A stretch of DNA of 58,504 nt from Leptolyngbyaceae cyanobacterium. Its GTDB lineage: Bacteria > Cyanobacteriota > Cyanobacteriia > Phormidesmidales > Phormidesmidaceae. The notes under the pieces were generated by a model, which had not been told where the DNA came from, made no database searches, and saw only the letters and a list, made by a program, of their open reading frames with translations. Positions 44,487 through 54,053 of the stretch are shown piece by piece; the first letter of the stretch is position 1; each line of letters opens with the position of its first letter. A program made the position numbers and the translations under genes. The stretch is from the NCBI GenBank assembly GCA_965263355.1, contig CBDHHL010000018.1, positions 1-58,504 on the forward strand, read 5' to 3'.

Positions 44487-47345
44487 ATGGCCGATCCTGA
44501 AATCATCCACTTAGACGGGGTATTGTCTGCCCTGAACAAATCCATGATGGTCAATCGACAGACCGGCATGGGTACAACGCGAGATTCTTTTACTGAGACC
44601 GAAGTTGGTTATGTCCCACTGTTGGGTGAACAAGAGCTGAGATCTTTGCATCGTGGCAATTGGTGGATTAGAAGGATTGTAGATACTCCACCTCAAGACA
44701 TGGTGAAAGGTGGTGTAACGCTTAAGCATCCCAGCAATGACGCTGAAGCAGTAGCCAAGGTATTGGGACTGTATGAGGCTGGTGGTGAACAATCGCCCTA
44801 TAGCCGCAAGATGGGCGGCGCTCAGGCATTCCAGAAAGCAGAGACCTATGCCCGCTGGTTTGGCCGTGGCTATGTTGTGCTACGGGTTAATGGGGATGAG
44901 AGGCTAGATAAGCCCATTAAAAAAGTACGGTCGTTTGAGGGCTTTTCTGTCCTAGATCGCTACCAACTCAGACCAGACAATGGGTCTCTTAATTATGAAG
45001 ATCCTGAGTACTACCAAATTATTCGCAAATACCAGCGTAATGGCAGCGGGTTAGGGGGAGCAGATTTTGGGCAGAAGATTCATGAGACCAGAGTATTACC
45101 GTTTGATGGTGCATTCATCCATCCTTACGACATTAATTTAGAAGCCTCGGACGGTGGGCACGACTCCGTTATTCAGGCATTGTATGAGTGTTTCTGTCGG
45201 CATTATTCAGTACAGAACGCGATCGCTAAGGGCCTCGATAGTTACTCACTGTTTAAGGTGGCTATTGCTAATCTTGGTGAGCTGATGATGCAGGATGAAG
45301 GTGAGGCTGCACTGGCTAAAACACTAAATGCCATCGCTGAACAAGTCAGCCTGCATCGGATATTAGTCCAGGACTCTGACGCTGCTAACAGTGAATTCCA
45401 AGAGCGCTCATTCACTGGGGTCAAAGAAAATGCTGATAGCTTCAAGGATGAATTAACCGCTGCATCCTGGCCCTTGCCTCATTACAAAATCTGGGGCAGT
45501 GTCGATAAAGCTGGATTGGCCGACAGTGGGGGCGCTGAATCCAGGGCCTATGCTGACGATATCAATACACTTCAGAAATCGAAGTTTTACGATAATCACC
45601 GTAGAGTATTCAATGCCCTGTTTGAGGCTACAACTGGCACGATTCCTGAGGGTTACGGGCTGGAGTATCCCAGCATCTTTAAGAGCACTCCCAAGGAAGA
45701 AGCTGAAATTAAAAAGACCGAGGCAGACACCTATTCTGTTTTGATCACGGCTGAGGTATTGAGCCCCCTTGAGGCAAAACTAGCCTATGCCACCGGGGAG
45801 GATATCAGTAACGTTCTGGATGCTGAAGCGATTGAGGCAGAGTTAGAGCGGGCTAAAAAGACTGAAGTTGAGCAGGTTGGACCAAGAACCGACAATAAAT
45901 ACAGCCACATCAACTTTAAGCCCCCTGAGCCTGTCCAGAACGCATTTAAGCGGGCGTTGAGCGCTACTGAATCGGGCAAGTTAAAGATTGGCTCAGGCAT
46001 GGAGGCAGCAACCAAAGCGTGGGCTAAAAAGCTAGCGAATGGGGAATCCGTTAGCCCTGAAAAGGCTAGACAGGGCTACCGATGGTTTAAACGCAATGCT
46101 CGCTTTGAGGGCTCCCCTAAGGATTCGCCAGCATGGGCTAGTTGGGCTTACTGGGGATACTCTGAGGGTCGTAGCTGGTTTAACCGGCTATGGCGTCAAA
46201 TGGAAGCCGTAGAAAAGACAGATGATTCTACACCAACAAAACGCATTCTTAAATGGAATGACTTTGAGATAGGGCTTCAATATCTACCTTTTGAAAGGCG
46301 TCATGGTCGTATTTTACCTGCTGGCTATGGTCACTTTAGGAAGACTAAAGGCGCTGATGGAATGGCTGTAGACGTTTATGTTGGCACCCAGCTATCTAGC
46401 CCTAAGGTGTTTGTGGTTGATCAACTCATCAATGGTGAATTTGATGAGGAGAAAATGATCATTGGAGTAGGGACCATAAAGGAAGCTGAAACCATTTATA
46501 CCTCAGCGATGCCCAGTGAAATGATGGGCGGCATCCGTGAAATCAGCTTAGAAGACTTGGCGGGATATCGGACTAACACTGAAACCAAGGCAGACGCGGA
46601 ACCATTCACCCCTAGCTCTGGCGATGGCGACTTTCAAAACCTATCGCGGCTACTCTCTAGTTTCGACTGGGCCACGATCCGCAGTATTGCAGAGGAGCAG
46701 GGCTGGCAGTGGGACGATGATTTAGCCCGATACCTGAATATTGAGGGAAACGTTGTCACCCATCAGCAGATCTTAGATGTCACGCAAGCTGAACTCGCTA
46801 GACTCGAAATTGAAGTAGAAGAAGCTACAGCGCTGCTAGTTGAAGGCGATGCCACCGTGCCCGAGTGGGAGGAGTTGATCGCAGAAATTACGATAGGTGC
46901 TGCGTTGCTGTTCCTGCTGTTTGGCCTTGGGAATAAACAGCCCGATGAAATCACTGAGAGCATGGCCAGAACACACCTTGAAAGGCAGTTTGGCTTTTTG
47001 CAAAACTTTGCTAAGTCAGTGCTGGCTGGTGGAATGACCGCTAACGGTATTGCAGCCAGAGCAAAGCTGTACCTGCATGATGCGCAGTTGCTGTATGGGT
47101 TAGCTCAGGAATTTATACACCCTATTGATGTATACCCGTTCTACAGCAACGCGCTGGGGCCTTGCCAAAGCTGCCCGGAATGCCCGCAAATAACAGCTAA
47201 AGGGATTGTCCCTAGAGGTACCTTAAAGCCCATTGGCCAGCGTCAGTGTTTCGTTAATTGCTGCTGTCAGTGGTCTTTCCATAAAACCCAGGATGAGCGG
47301 ATTGATGGGCCAACGGTGCTGACGCTTAAGAACGGATGGCTTTAA
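44487..47345 (+). CDS. Portal protein (DUF1073 type) fused to an unknown domain, an InPase-like domain and a MuF-like head morphogenesis domain
   Basis: TGMGT.RD, W..RRIVD.P..DM portal motifs; YGHFRKTKGADG.AVDVYVG...VDQ...FDEEK; C-terminal C.SCPEC...PIG...C..NC.C. Confidence 0.85.
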   Translation: MADPEIIHLDGVLSALNKSMMVNRQTGMGTTRDSFTETEVGYVPLLGEQELRSLHRGNWWIRRIVDTPPQDMVKGGVTLKHPSNDAEAVAKVLGLYEAGGEQSPYSRKMGGAQAFQKAETYARWFGRGYVVLRVNGDERLDKPIKKVRSFEGFSVLDRYQLRPDNGSLNYEDPEYYQIIRKYQRNGSGLGGADFGQKIHETRVLPFDGAFIHPYDINLEASDGGHDSVIQALYECFCRHYSVQNAIAKGLDSYSLFKVAIANLGELMMQDEGEAALAKTLNAIAEQVSLHRILVQDSDAANSEFQERSFTGVKENADSFKDELTAASWPLPHYKIWGSVDKAGLADSGGAESRAYADDINTLQKSKFYDNHRRVFNALFEATTGTIPEGYGLEYPSIFKSTPKEEAEIKKTEADTYSVLITAEVLSPLEAKLAYATGEDISNVLDAEAIEAELERAKKTEVEQVGPRTDNKYSHINFKPPEPVQNAFKRALSATESGKLKIGSGMEAATKAWAKKLANGESVSPEKARQGYRWFKRNARFEGSPKDSPAWASWAYWGYSEGRSWFNRLWRQMEAVEKTDDSTPTKRILKWNDFEIGLQYLPFERRHGRILPAGYGHFRKTKGADGMAVDVYVGTQLSSPKVFVVDQLINGEFDEEKMIIGVGTIKEAETIYTSAMPSEMMGGIREISLEDLAGYRTNTETKADAEPFTPSSGDGDFQNLSRLLSSFDWATIRSIAEEQGWQWDDDLARYLNIEGNVVTHQQILDVTQAELARLEIEVEEATALLVEGDATVPEWEELIAEITIGAALLFLLFGLGNKQPDEITESMARTHLERQFGFLQNFAKSVLAGGMTANGIAARAKLYLHDAQLLYGLAQEFIHPIDVYPFYSNALGPCQSCPECPQITAKGIVPRGTLKPIGQRQCFVNCCCQWSFHKTQDERIDGPTVLTLKNGWL

Positions 47346-47346
47346 C

Positions 47347-47562
47347 TTAGCTTCTATTCCGTTTGATGCGATTCCAGTCTCTTTCCCCAACGATGCAGCT
47401 CGAACCGTCCGGGAAAACTAGAAACCAAAGATTACCTATCTGACTAGCTCTAACTATTTGAGTGACGTTAAGCCACACTTCGCCCGATCCTATCTGGCTA
47501 TTTTCTAGCGCTGTTACTTTCAAAAACATCTCAGACAATCCCCACTTGATAAGCGCCTGCAA
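47347..47562 (-). CDS. Small hypothetical protein (FlbD-like; start probably 47529)
   Basis: MFLKVT...VWLN..QI.......L...DG...V.E pattern. Confidence 0.5.
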   Translation of the reverse strand: MQALIKWGLSEMFLKVTALENSQIGSGEVWLNVTQIVRASQIGNLWFLVFPDGSSCIVGERDWNRIKRNRS

Positions 47563-47920
47563 CCCGTTTTTTCAGTGCCAGAAACTGTTGGCCATAGATA
47601 GTTGACTCATACTCGCTGTCCTTGCTCTGGCTACTCGACTGCTGCGGATTAGCATAGGTCTTTGAATACTGATTCTCCACATCCAGCCTAGTCAATGGGC
47701 CACTTGCTTTCCCATTGGTGCCAGCAGTCGCGGCTTCATTACCCCTGGCCAGCTGGTGAGCAGTCACGAAATTCACCGCGCTATCGTAAAGAGAGCCCCA
47801 TTTGGTTGCACTCCCTACGATTAGCTGAGCTTCGGTGATTAGTAAAGTAATTCGGGCTGAGTCTTCAGTCGCGAACTCAGGGAAACGCTCAATAAAGCTA
47901 CTAGCGGTTACTGCCATCAA
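47531..47920 (-). CDS. Head-tail adaptor (DUF4054-like)
   Basis: F..RFPEF...W........TAH.L...ST.YGQQFL.L. Confidence 0.85.
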   Translation of the reverse strand: MMAVTASSFIERFPEFATEDSARITLLITEAQLIVGSATKWGSLYDSAVNFVTAHQLARGNEAATAGTNGKASGPLTRLDVENQYSKTYANPQQSSSQSKDSEYESTIYGQQFLALKKRVAGAYQVGIV

Positions 47921-48183
47921 ACCATCATCCTTTCAGGGGGGACTTTGCAAGCCTGAGCTACAGCACCAAGATAACAGCTAGGAATTTCTAGCGTGCATTT
48001 ATTGCTCTCCCACTTGCTAACTGTTTCTTGAGCGATCGCAGGTATGCCAAAATAACGCCCTATTCTGACGCCTAATTCAGCCTGGGTGAGGCTGGCTTCT
48101 GCCCGAACTCCTCTAAGGAGAGCTTTCATTTTTGCCTCAGGAGTAGCCACTGAGGCTGTTATGTAATCGCTAGAATATGTCAT
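47917..48183 (-). CDS. XRE-family HTH protein
   Basis: LR..R.EA.LTQAELG.......QETVSKWE. Confidence 0.85.
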   Translation of the reverse strand: MTYSSDYITASVATPEAKMKALLRGVRAEASLTQAELGVRIGRYFGIPAIAQETVSKWESNKCTLEIPSCYLGAVAQACKVPPERMMV

Positions 48184-48271
48184 CTGTGACTATCTCAGGT
48201 TGATACCGAGTATAGCCAGAATATAAGCGGAATGCACAGTTAGGCTAGCGGGAAAGTATCTCTGGTTAGCT

Positions 48272-49384
48272 GTGCCTGTACGCTTTGATCTCGCACCTAT
48301 CGTAAATAGCGAACAACTAGAAGATGGTCGCCTTCGAGTGAGAGCAACATTTTCTAAAGTTGGCCCATTGGTATATGTCGATGGTGATGGTAATGCTCGC
48401 ACAGAAATTGTAGAAGCGGCTGAGCTATTCCGCGCTGACAGCTTAGAAACTGCTGGCCTAGCACCCGTTACGCTTGGCCATCCAAAGGTGGGAATGGTCA
48501 CACCTGAGAACTACAAAGAATTTGCCGTTGGTGCTAGTGGCTCAACTGTTTTGGCAGATAAACAGAGGGGCTTAGTTGAGGTTGTCTTTTTGGTGGGTGA
48601 TGCCGAAGCCATCGAAGCGGTAAAGCGCGGTGATGCTTCAGAGGTTAGTGCTGGATACTACGCCAATATCGAGGACCGCAACGGGCAGTTATATCAAACA
48701 AACCGCCGCTATAACCATCTTGCTTTAGTACAAAAGGGCCGCGCTGGGCCTCAAGTAAGGGTCCACATGGACTCAGATGACTGGGCTATTCAAACTGATC
48801 AATGTTCTAAAAAGAGGGCTATGAAAAAGTACAAAGGGTTTGAAATCGAGGACGGTCTGTACGAGATTGTCACCGACATGGAAAAGCAGATCAAAGACAT
48901 GAAGTCTAAAAAAGATTCTGCTGACACTACCGCAACTACAGCCATTACCGAGCTACAGGCTAAAAACGATATGCTCACTGCTCGTGTAGATGAGCTAAAA
49001 GCAGAGCGTGACAATCGCCTAGATGCCAAGCAAGTAGACGCACTGGCCACTGCTCGACTAGATGCATTCACCAAGGCTGAGCCTTACTTAAAGGATGCCA
49101 AGTTTGACGCATCTATCGAGGCTATCGAGTGGAAGCGCCAAGCAGTAACAGCGGCACGACCATCACTCAAGTTGGATGGCAAGGATGACGCTTACGTAAA
49201 TGCCGCCTTTGACATGTTGGCAGAGCTAGGTGTTTCTAACCCTGGCCAAGAGAACAAGGGCGCCCTAGACGCAGCAGCAGCTGGTGGTGCTCATGATGGT
49301 GCGGCTGGGTCAAGAGAAGACGAATATGACGCTCGTGCTGATGAAGCCGACATCAACAAACTATTTGAGGGGGCTAGTAACTAA
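48272..49384 (+). CDS. Prohead protease/scaffold (DUF2213)
   Basis: DG.LRV.A....G...Y; PVTLGHP; EVSAGY; YNHLALV..GRAG; DGKDDAYV.AAFD. Confidence 0.9.
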   Translation: MPVRFDLAPIVNSEQLEDGRLRVRATFSKVGPLVYVDGDGNARTEIVEAAELFRADSLETAGLAPVTLGHPKVGMVTPENYKEFAVGASGSTVLADKQRGLVEVVFLVGDAEAIEAVKRGDASEVSAGYYANIEDRNGQLYQTNRRYNHLALVQKGRAGPQVRVHMDSDDWAIQTDQCSKKRAMKKYKGFEIEDGLYEIVTDMEKQIKDMKSKKDSADTTATTAITELQAKNDMLTARVDELKAERDNRLDAKQVDALATARLDAFTKAEPYLKDAKFDASIEAIEWKRQAVTAARPSLKLDGKDDAYVNAAFDMLAELGVSNPGQENKGALDAAAAGGAHDGAAGSREDEYDARADEADINKLFEGASN

Positions 49385-49887
49385 TGGCTATCACTGACTA
49401 CAACGATCTAACGGGCCAGGGCTATATTGCTGGCTCTCTTTATTCCAGCATCGTGGGAGCTACGCCCATTACTTATGTAAATGCTGGCACGGTTGTTTTG
49501 CCCGCTGGTTTTGGCGCGGTTATTTCCGCTGCTGGTGAAGCGACTTTACCGTCTGGTGCTGGCACGTTTGCCGGTGTGGTCGTAATCCCTGAGACCATCG
49601 AGAAACGTACTGGCTACTCCCTGGATGCAAGTGGCTACTTTGGTTATCCAGTAGATTATGAGGCTGCACTAGCTACCCAGGATATGTATGCAGTCTACGT
49701 AGATGACACCGTAGCGGCTGGTGATCCGGTTTACCTCAATCACACCGCTAGCACATCTGTTGTAGGAACATTCCGCAACGATGCCAATAGTTCAAATGCT
49801 CAACTTATCTCAGGCGCACGATTTGAAACGGCTGCAACTGGCACCGATTCTACGCCTGCCATTGCAATCGTAAACTTTAGCGCTTAA
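49384..49887 (+). CDS. Head decoration/cement protein
   Basis: Between DUF2213 and capsid; V.AGDPVY...G.FRN motif. Confidence 0.8.
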   Translation: MAITDYNDLTGQGYIAGSLYSSIVGATPITYVNAGTVVLPAGFGAVISAAGEATLPSGAGTFAGVVVIPETIEKRTGYSLDASGYFGYPVDYEAALATQDMYAVYVDDTVAAGDPVYLNHTASTSVVGTFRNDANSSNAQLISGARFETAATGTDSTPAIAIVNFSA

Positions 49888-49905
49888 GCATAGGAGTTCC
49901 TGAAA

Positions 49906-50877
49906 ATGCCCGGAAGTATTTTATATAGAAGCCTGCAACAGAAAAAGAATCGAGTCCTACGCAAAAAGCGCCGTGGCTTAGATTTTGTTGGATCTACTTG
50001 GATCCCTACCGTGATGGACATTCGCCCTGGTGCTCGTACCATCATCCAAGAGCAGGTAGAAGGCTATGGCGAAGCGATTCTACAGTCACCTGACGCTTCA
50101 GATTTTCGCTTAGTTAATATTGATGCTGGCGAATCTGAATACCGCATCTTTATGGCTGCTGCTGGCTATCCGGTAACCTTTGGTGAGATGAACGCTCAAC
50201 AGTTCGCCCAAGGTAATGGCCAGCAATACGTTGCCTCTGATGAGAAGATGCGCGTCACCCAACGGGCGATCTTTGAGCAGGTCAATGAGCTTACCGCTTT
50301 TGGTAGCACAGCACATGGCGTTACTGGTGCGCTCAACAACGCATCTGTAACGCTGACTGATTCCACTTTTGACCCATTCAATGCTTCGAATTCTTCTGAA
50401 GCGATCGCAGAGTGGTTCTTAGGTGAAGCTGGAGCGATGTTGACAGCATCGAACAACGTTGAATATCCCAGTACAGCAAAAATCAGTACTGACCTGTTTG
50501 TGCTGTTCACGTCCAAGAAAATGACAGACACAGGTGAGACCGTTCTGTCCTACATCCTCCGTACTCAAAGGGAAGCCGCAACTGCTGGCCGCCCTACCAT
50601 TTCAAGCATTGAACTAGCTTACGAATGCCAGTCTGCAGTTCTTGAAGCCAATGGCGCTCAATCAGGTGGCACTAACAAGGATCGGATCTGGTTTTATAGC
50701 CAGGATGAAGAAAACCTAGTCAAGCACATGCTCTCGGGTGCTATCCAACTGTTCCCAGAAGATTGGATTGGCCAGGCCCCAGGCAAAAAGATTTACCCCA
50801 TGTATTGCCTGTGTAGCGAGCTAATCGTCAATTACCCTGGCGCAATGCGTTACTTGGACCACCCTAAAAAGAGCTGA
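49906..50877 (+). CDS. Major capsid protein (DUF2184/encapsulin-like HK97 fold)
   Basis: Position and size; FG....GVTG.LN and IVNYP.AM.Y motifs; AGGAG RBS. Confidence 0.88.
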   Translation: MPGSILYRSLQQKKNRVLRKKRRGLDFVGSTWIPTVMDIRPGARTIIQEQVEGYGEAILQSPDASDFRLVNIDAGESEYRIFMAAAGYPVTFGEMNAQQFAQGNGQQYVASDEKMRVTQRAIFEQVNELTAFGSTAHGVTGALNNASVTLTDSTFDPFNASNSSEAIAEWFLGEAGAMLTASNNVEYPSTAKISTDLFVLFTSKKMTDTGETVLSYILRTQREAATAGRPTISSIELAYECQSAVLEANGAQSGGTNKDRIWFYSQDEENLVKHMLSGAIQLFPEDWIGQAPGKKIYPMYCLCSELIVNYPGAMRYLDHPKKS

Positions 50878-50883
50878 TAACCC

Positions 50884-51276
50884 ATGACTAAAATCGTAGT
50901 TTTTCGGCCCGAGAACTGCTCACCCCCCAGGGCAGCAAAGGCAACGCTAAACCTGGATGCTTACCCCTGGAGAATCGTTTTCTCTCCAGGGAATAACAGC
51001 GTATCTGATGAGAATATAGCCAAGCTTCAAGCGCATTTGGATTTTGAGCGGTATCAAAGTCTAGGGGCTTTGACCATCAAGGACGCTGTTGACCCCGTAG
51101 CCTCTGACTCAACAACAGCCCCTGAAAACCTGAGCCACCTAAACACCGACGAAGCAGAGGATCTGATTGACGCGACCAGCAATGTTGATTTGTTGCAAAA
51201 GTGGCTTAAGGCTGAGACCCGCAAGACTACCCGTGCTGACTTAGACCGCCGGATTGCAGCGCTAACGGAGGCATAA
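50884..51276 (+). CDS. Conserved post-capsid hypothetical protein
   Basis: PG.N...; EA..LI......LL..W...E.RK..R..L..RI pattern. Confidence 0.7.
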   Translation: MTKIVVFRPENCSPPRAAKATLNLDAYPWRIVFSPGNNSVSDENIAKLQAHLDFERYQSLGALTIKDAVDPVASDSTTAPENLSHLNTDEAEDLIDATSNVDLLQKWLKAETRKTTRADLDRRIAALTEA

Positions 51277-51665
51277 TGGCTGAATTTCTTGATATTGGCA
51301 CCACATTAGCCGATCCAACGCAAACCACTAAAGGCCGATTCGAGGTAAATGGCGCTGAAGCCGTCTCCATTGGCGTTTATAACAATCTATCTACGTCCGT
51401 CACCCTAAACGCTTTTAGGGTCGTCTTCTTCCCCAATGGCAATGCTGAAGCGGTGGACGGACCAGACACCGCCGCAGAGTTCACCTCACCGGCAGGTGGG
51501 GGGAATGTGGTCCAGCATGGCAATCCCGTGGACCCGACAACATTAGTTGCAGGGGAGAAAATGTACTTTGTCTTAACTAATGTGCGGGCTTTCCACAGCC
51601 TACAAGTGTTGGCCTCGGTCGCGTCAGGCACGGGTAAGTTGAAGATTGAGTTTGGGAGGGGTTAG
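51276..51665 (+). CDS. Virion-associated beta-rich protein
   Basis: Coupled ORF with GGAGG RBS. Confidence 0.6.
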   Translation: MAEFLDIGTTLADPTQTTKGRFEVNGAEAVSIGVYNNLSTSVTLNAFRVVFFPNGNAEAVDGPDTAAEFTSPAGGGNVVQHGNPVDPTTLVAGEKMYFVLTNVRAFHSLQVLASVASGTGKLKIEFGRG

Positions 51666-51667
51666 GG

Positions 51668-54046
51668 ATGGTTGTTGTTGGTAAGCCGTTGGAGGGTGGA
51701 AGCGGTGACATTCGCTTACTGAGTACCACATTGCAGGATGTGTCTGGGACGCAGACTCTATTCCTTACTTACGAAGAAGCCCTAGACCCTAGCAGTGTTC
51801 CCGCGACTGGCGATTTCTCACTGTCTGGAAGTCGAACAATCACAGGTGTTTCTATCTCTGGCGATTCTGTCGTCATTGATTTCAACCCAGCTTATGGAGA
51901 AAGTGACACTCCTGAAGTGACGTACACAGAAGGGGCTAACCCTATCCAGCGCTTAAGAGCTGTAGAGGCTAGCGAGTTTATTGGTCGTCGGGCAATTATT
52001 ACGGCAGCTAGCGTAGCATCAGCGCTGCAAACCCTCACTACGCAAACCAGCCAAACACCGACCGCTACAGACTTTACATTAAATGGGACCGAAAACTCTT
52101 TTCGGTTATTTTATGAGCCGACAAGCTTCAGAACTAGTGATCCTTGGTTGGATGTATGGGTAAAAATTGGTACTGAAGCGGTTAAACAGATTCGGTTATA
52201 TTATTGGCAATCTCGGTATATTGTTGCTCCAACTGGGGCTCAAATTGGTATTGGTACTACTTCAGGGGTACAAGTCCAATACCATCGAGCAACATTAAAT
52301 CTAGATGTTGTTCCTACACTTCCGGGGAGTACAGTTACAGGTACAGCAAACTGTGATAAGAACTGCCCACCATATTGGAACCCGTCAGCTGCACATATTA
52401 CGTTTGCTCCCACAGTTACAGTAGAGAATAGGGTGTTCTCTGTACCTGCTAGTGCAACTCAAAACCCTTTCTTTGTGTCTGAGTATGACGGATCAACTTG
52501 GACTGCCCCTAGAGCTTACAAACAAGATCCCAATAAAACTACTTTAATTCAATGTGCTTATTCCCAGATTGCACTTTGTACTATAGACGGTTCAACCTTA
52601 GATGCAACCGCTATTACAGGAACCACTATTGGTGGAAGTAGTGATGTAATTACTATCACATTGCCTACACCATCAAATACTTATAATGTTTCGAATGTCG
52701 CAGACCTAGAAACACGATTATTAGCTGCAACCTCGGGAGATCGTATTGTTTTAGCCGATGGGACTTACAGTCTCACTCAGGCTATTGATGAGCGATACGC
52801 AGGAGTACAAATAGTTAGTCAATCGAATAACCCTGACGCTTGTATTATCACTGGAAACACGATGGCTTTTAGAGGTACTTTGCCCGCTCCTGCAAACACT
52901 ACCCCAAACTATATACGAGGCATCCAATTTACTGTGGATGACGGCATTTTGCTGGAAGGTGCCACGTTTCGGGTAGATAACTGTAAATTTGAAAATACTG
53001 TTTCTGGGGACTGCTTCAATTACAGCGAGCCAGAAGAAGGCAACACTTTACTAGTGGTAAACTCTGACGCCTCTAATGCTCATTCAGATTGTTGGAATTT
53101 CGATGGGGGATCTGGTTCTCCACTAGATAGAACAGTACAACTAGTATGCTGTACAGGTTCAAATGCAGGAAATGCGGATAATGCCCAAATCGTAACCACT
53201 CATACAGGACTACCGATTGAGTTACACGGGTGCGTATTTAGCGATGCCCAACTAAACGTAGCGGCAAACGACAGTAGTGATGGGGCAACTACTTATGCAT
53301 ATTTCTCCTCTCTAACTAATGGTACTAGACAAGGAGGAGTAACTAATACGTTTCTATTTGCGTGTCATTGTGAACATGGAACAGTACAAACGAGTACTCA
53401 AGAAGACAGTTATCTTACTTACAGAAGTTCAGATATTTCAGGGACTACTGGTACTGCTTTTGCTCGGAACTTCACAGGTAAAATTGTAGCTAATTACTTA
53501 TCTTTGCCTTCTGGTGCAGGGCGTCTCTTTTTCAACAACAGCGTAGGAGGAGGAGAAGTACGTGATTCTATTTTTGATAATGGAAGTGAAGGTATTCTTC
53601 TTGACTTTATAAGTGGGGGTCCTTTTGTGACTCCATTAGAAGCTATAAATAATACCTTTATTAATAACACTGAAGCTATTCAACAGAATGCGGGATTGCC
53701 TTTGAATTTAGTTAATACAGCCGCAAAAGATAACGGATCTTCTATTGTTACAAGTGCAGGTGGATTTGCAGAGATTACAGGTTCTAGCAATACTTTAGAC
53801 GCTAATGTAGATGCTGATTACACAGGACTTACAGGGGATACTCTAAACGTAGATGCGGCGTTAGACTCAGCCCTACGACCTACGGCAGCAGGTAACTGTG
53901 ATGAGAATGGTACTGTCCCTAGTACTCAAATCTTGGGATTATCTGACCCGTTTGGACTAATCCTTGTGCAAGATAAGGATACTATTCCCCGAGGGGCAAG
54001 AGCTAGGCTGGTAAATACGGCTGATTTGTACCCGGATGCAGTTTAG
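51668..54046 (+). CDS. Fibre/spike protein: SwmB/Ig-like N-terminus plus right-handed beta-helix (pectin lyase-like)
   Basis: LTYEEALD..SVPATGDF; A.SGD.IVLADGTY beta-helix cap; Asn/Thr-rich repeats (NNTFINN). Confidence 0.7.
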   Translation: MVVVGKPLEGGSGDIRLLSTTLQDVSGTQTLFLTYEEALDPSSVPATGDFSLSGSRTITGVSISGDSVVIDFNPAYGESDTPEVTYTEGANPIQRLRAVEASEFIGRRAIITAASVASALQTLTTQTSQTPTATDFTLNGTENSFRLFYEPTSFRTSDPWLDVWVKIGTEAVKQIRLYYWQSRYIVAPTGAQIGIGTTSGVQVQYHRATLNLDVVPTLPGSTVTGTANCDKNCPPYWNPSAAHITFAPTVTVENRVFSVPASATQNPFFVSEYDGSTWTAPRAYKQDPNKTTLIQCAYSQIALCTIDGSTLDATAITGTTIGGSSDVITITLPTPSNTYNVSNVADLETRLLAATSGDRIVLADGTYSLTQAIDERYAGVQIVSQSNNPDACIITGNTMAFRGTLPAPANTTPNYIRGIQFTVDDGILLEGATFRVDNCKFENTVSGDCFNYSEPEEGNTLLVVNSDASNAHSDCWNFDGGSGSPLDRTVQLVCCTGSNAGNADNAQIVTTHTGLPIELHGCVFSDAQLNVAANDSSDGATTYAYFSSLTNGTRQGGVTNTFLFACHCEHGTVQTSTQEDSYLTYRSSDISGTTGTAFARNFTGKIVANYLSLPSGAGRLFFNNSVGGGEVRDSIFDNGSEGILLDFISGGPFVTPLEAINNTFINNTEAIQQNAGLPLNLVNTAAKDNGSSIVTSAGGFAEITGSSNTLDANVDADYTGLTGDTLNVDAALDSALRPTAAGNCDENGTVPSTQILGLSDPFGLILVQDKDTIPRGARARLVNTADLYPDAV

Positions 54047-54053
54047 TTTATAG

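Noticed and set aside
28237..54046. Diversity-generating retroelement or retron acting on fibre genes
   Set aside because: No reverse transcriptase motif and no TR/VR repeat pair noticed
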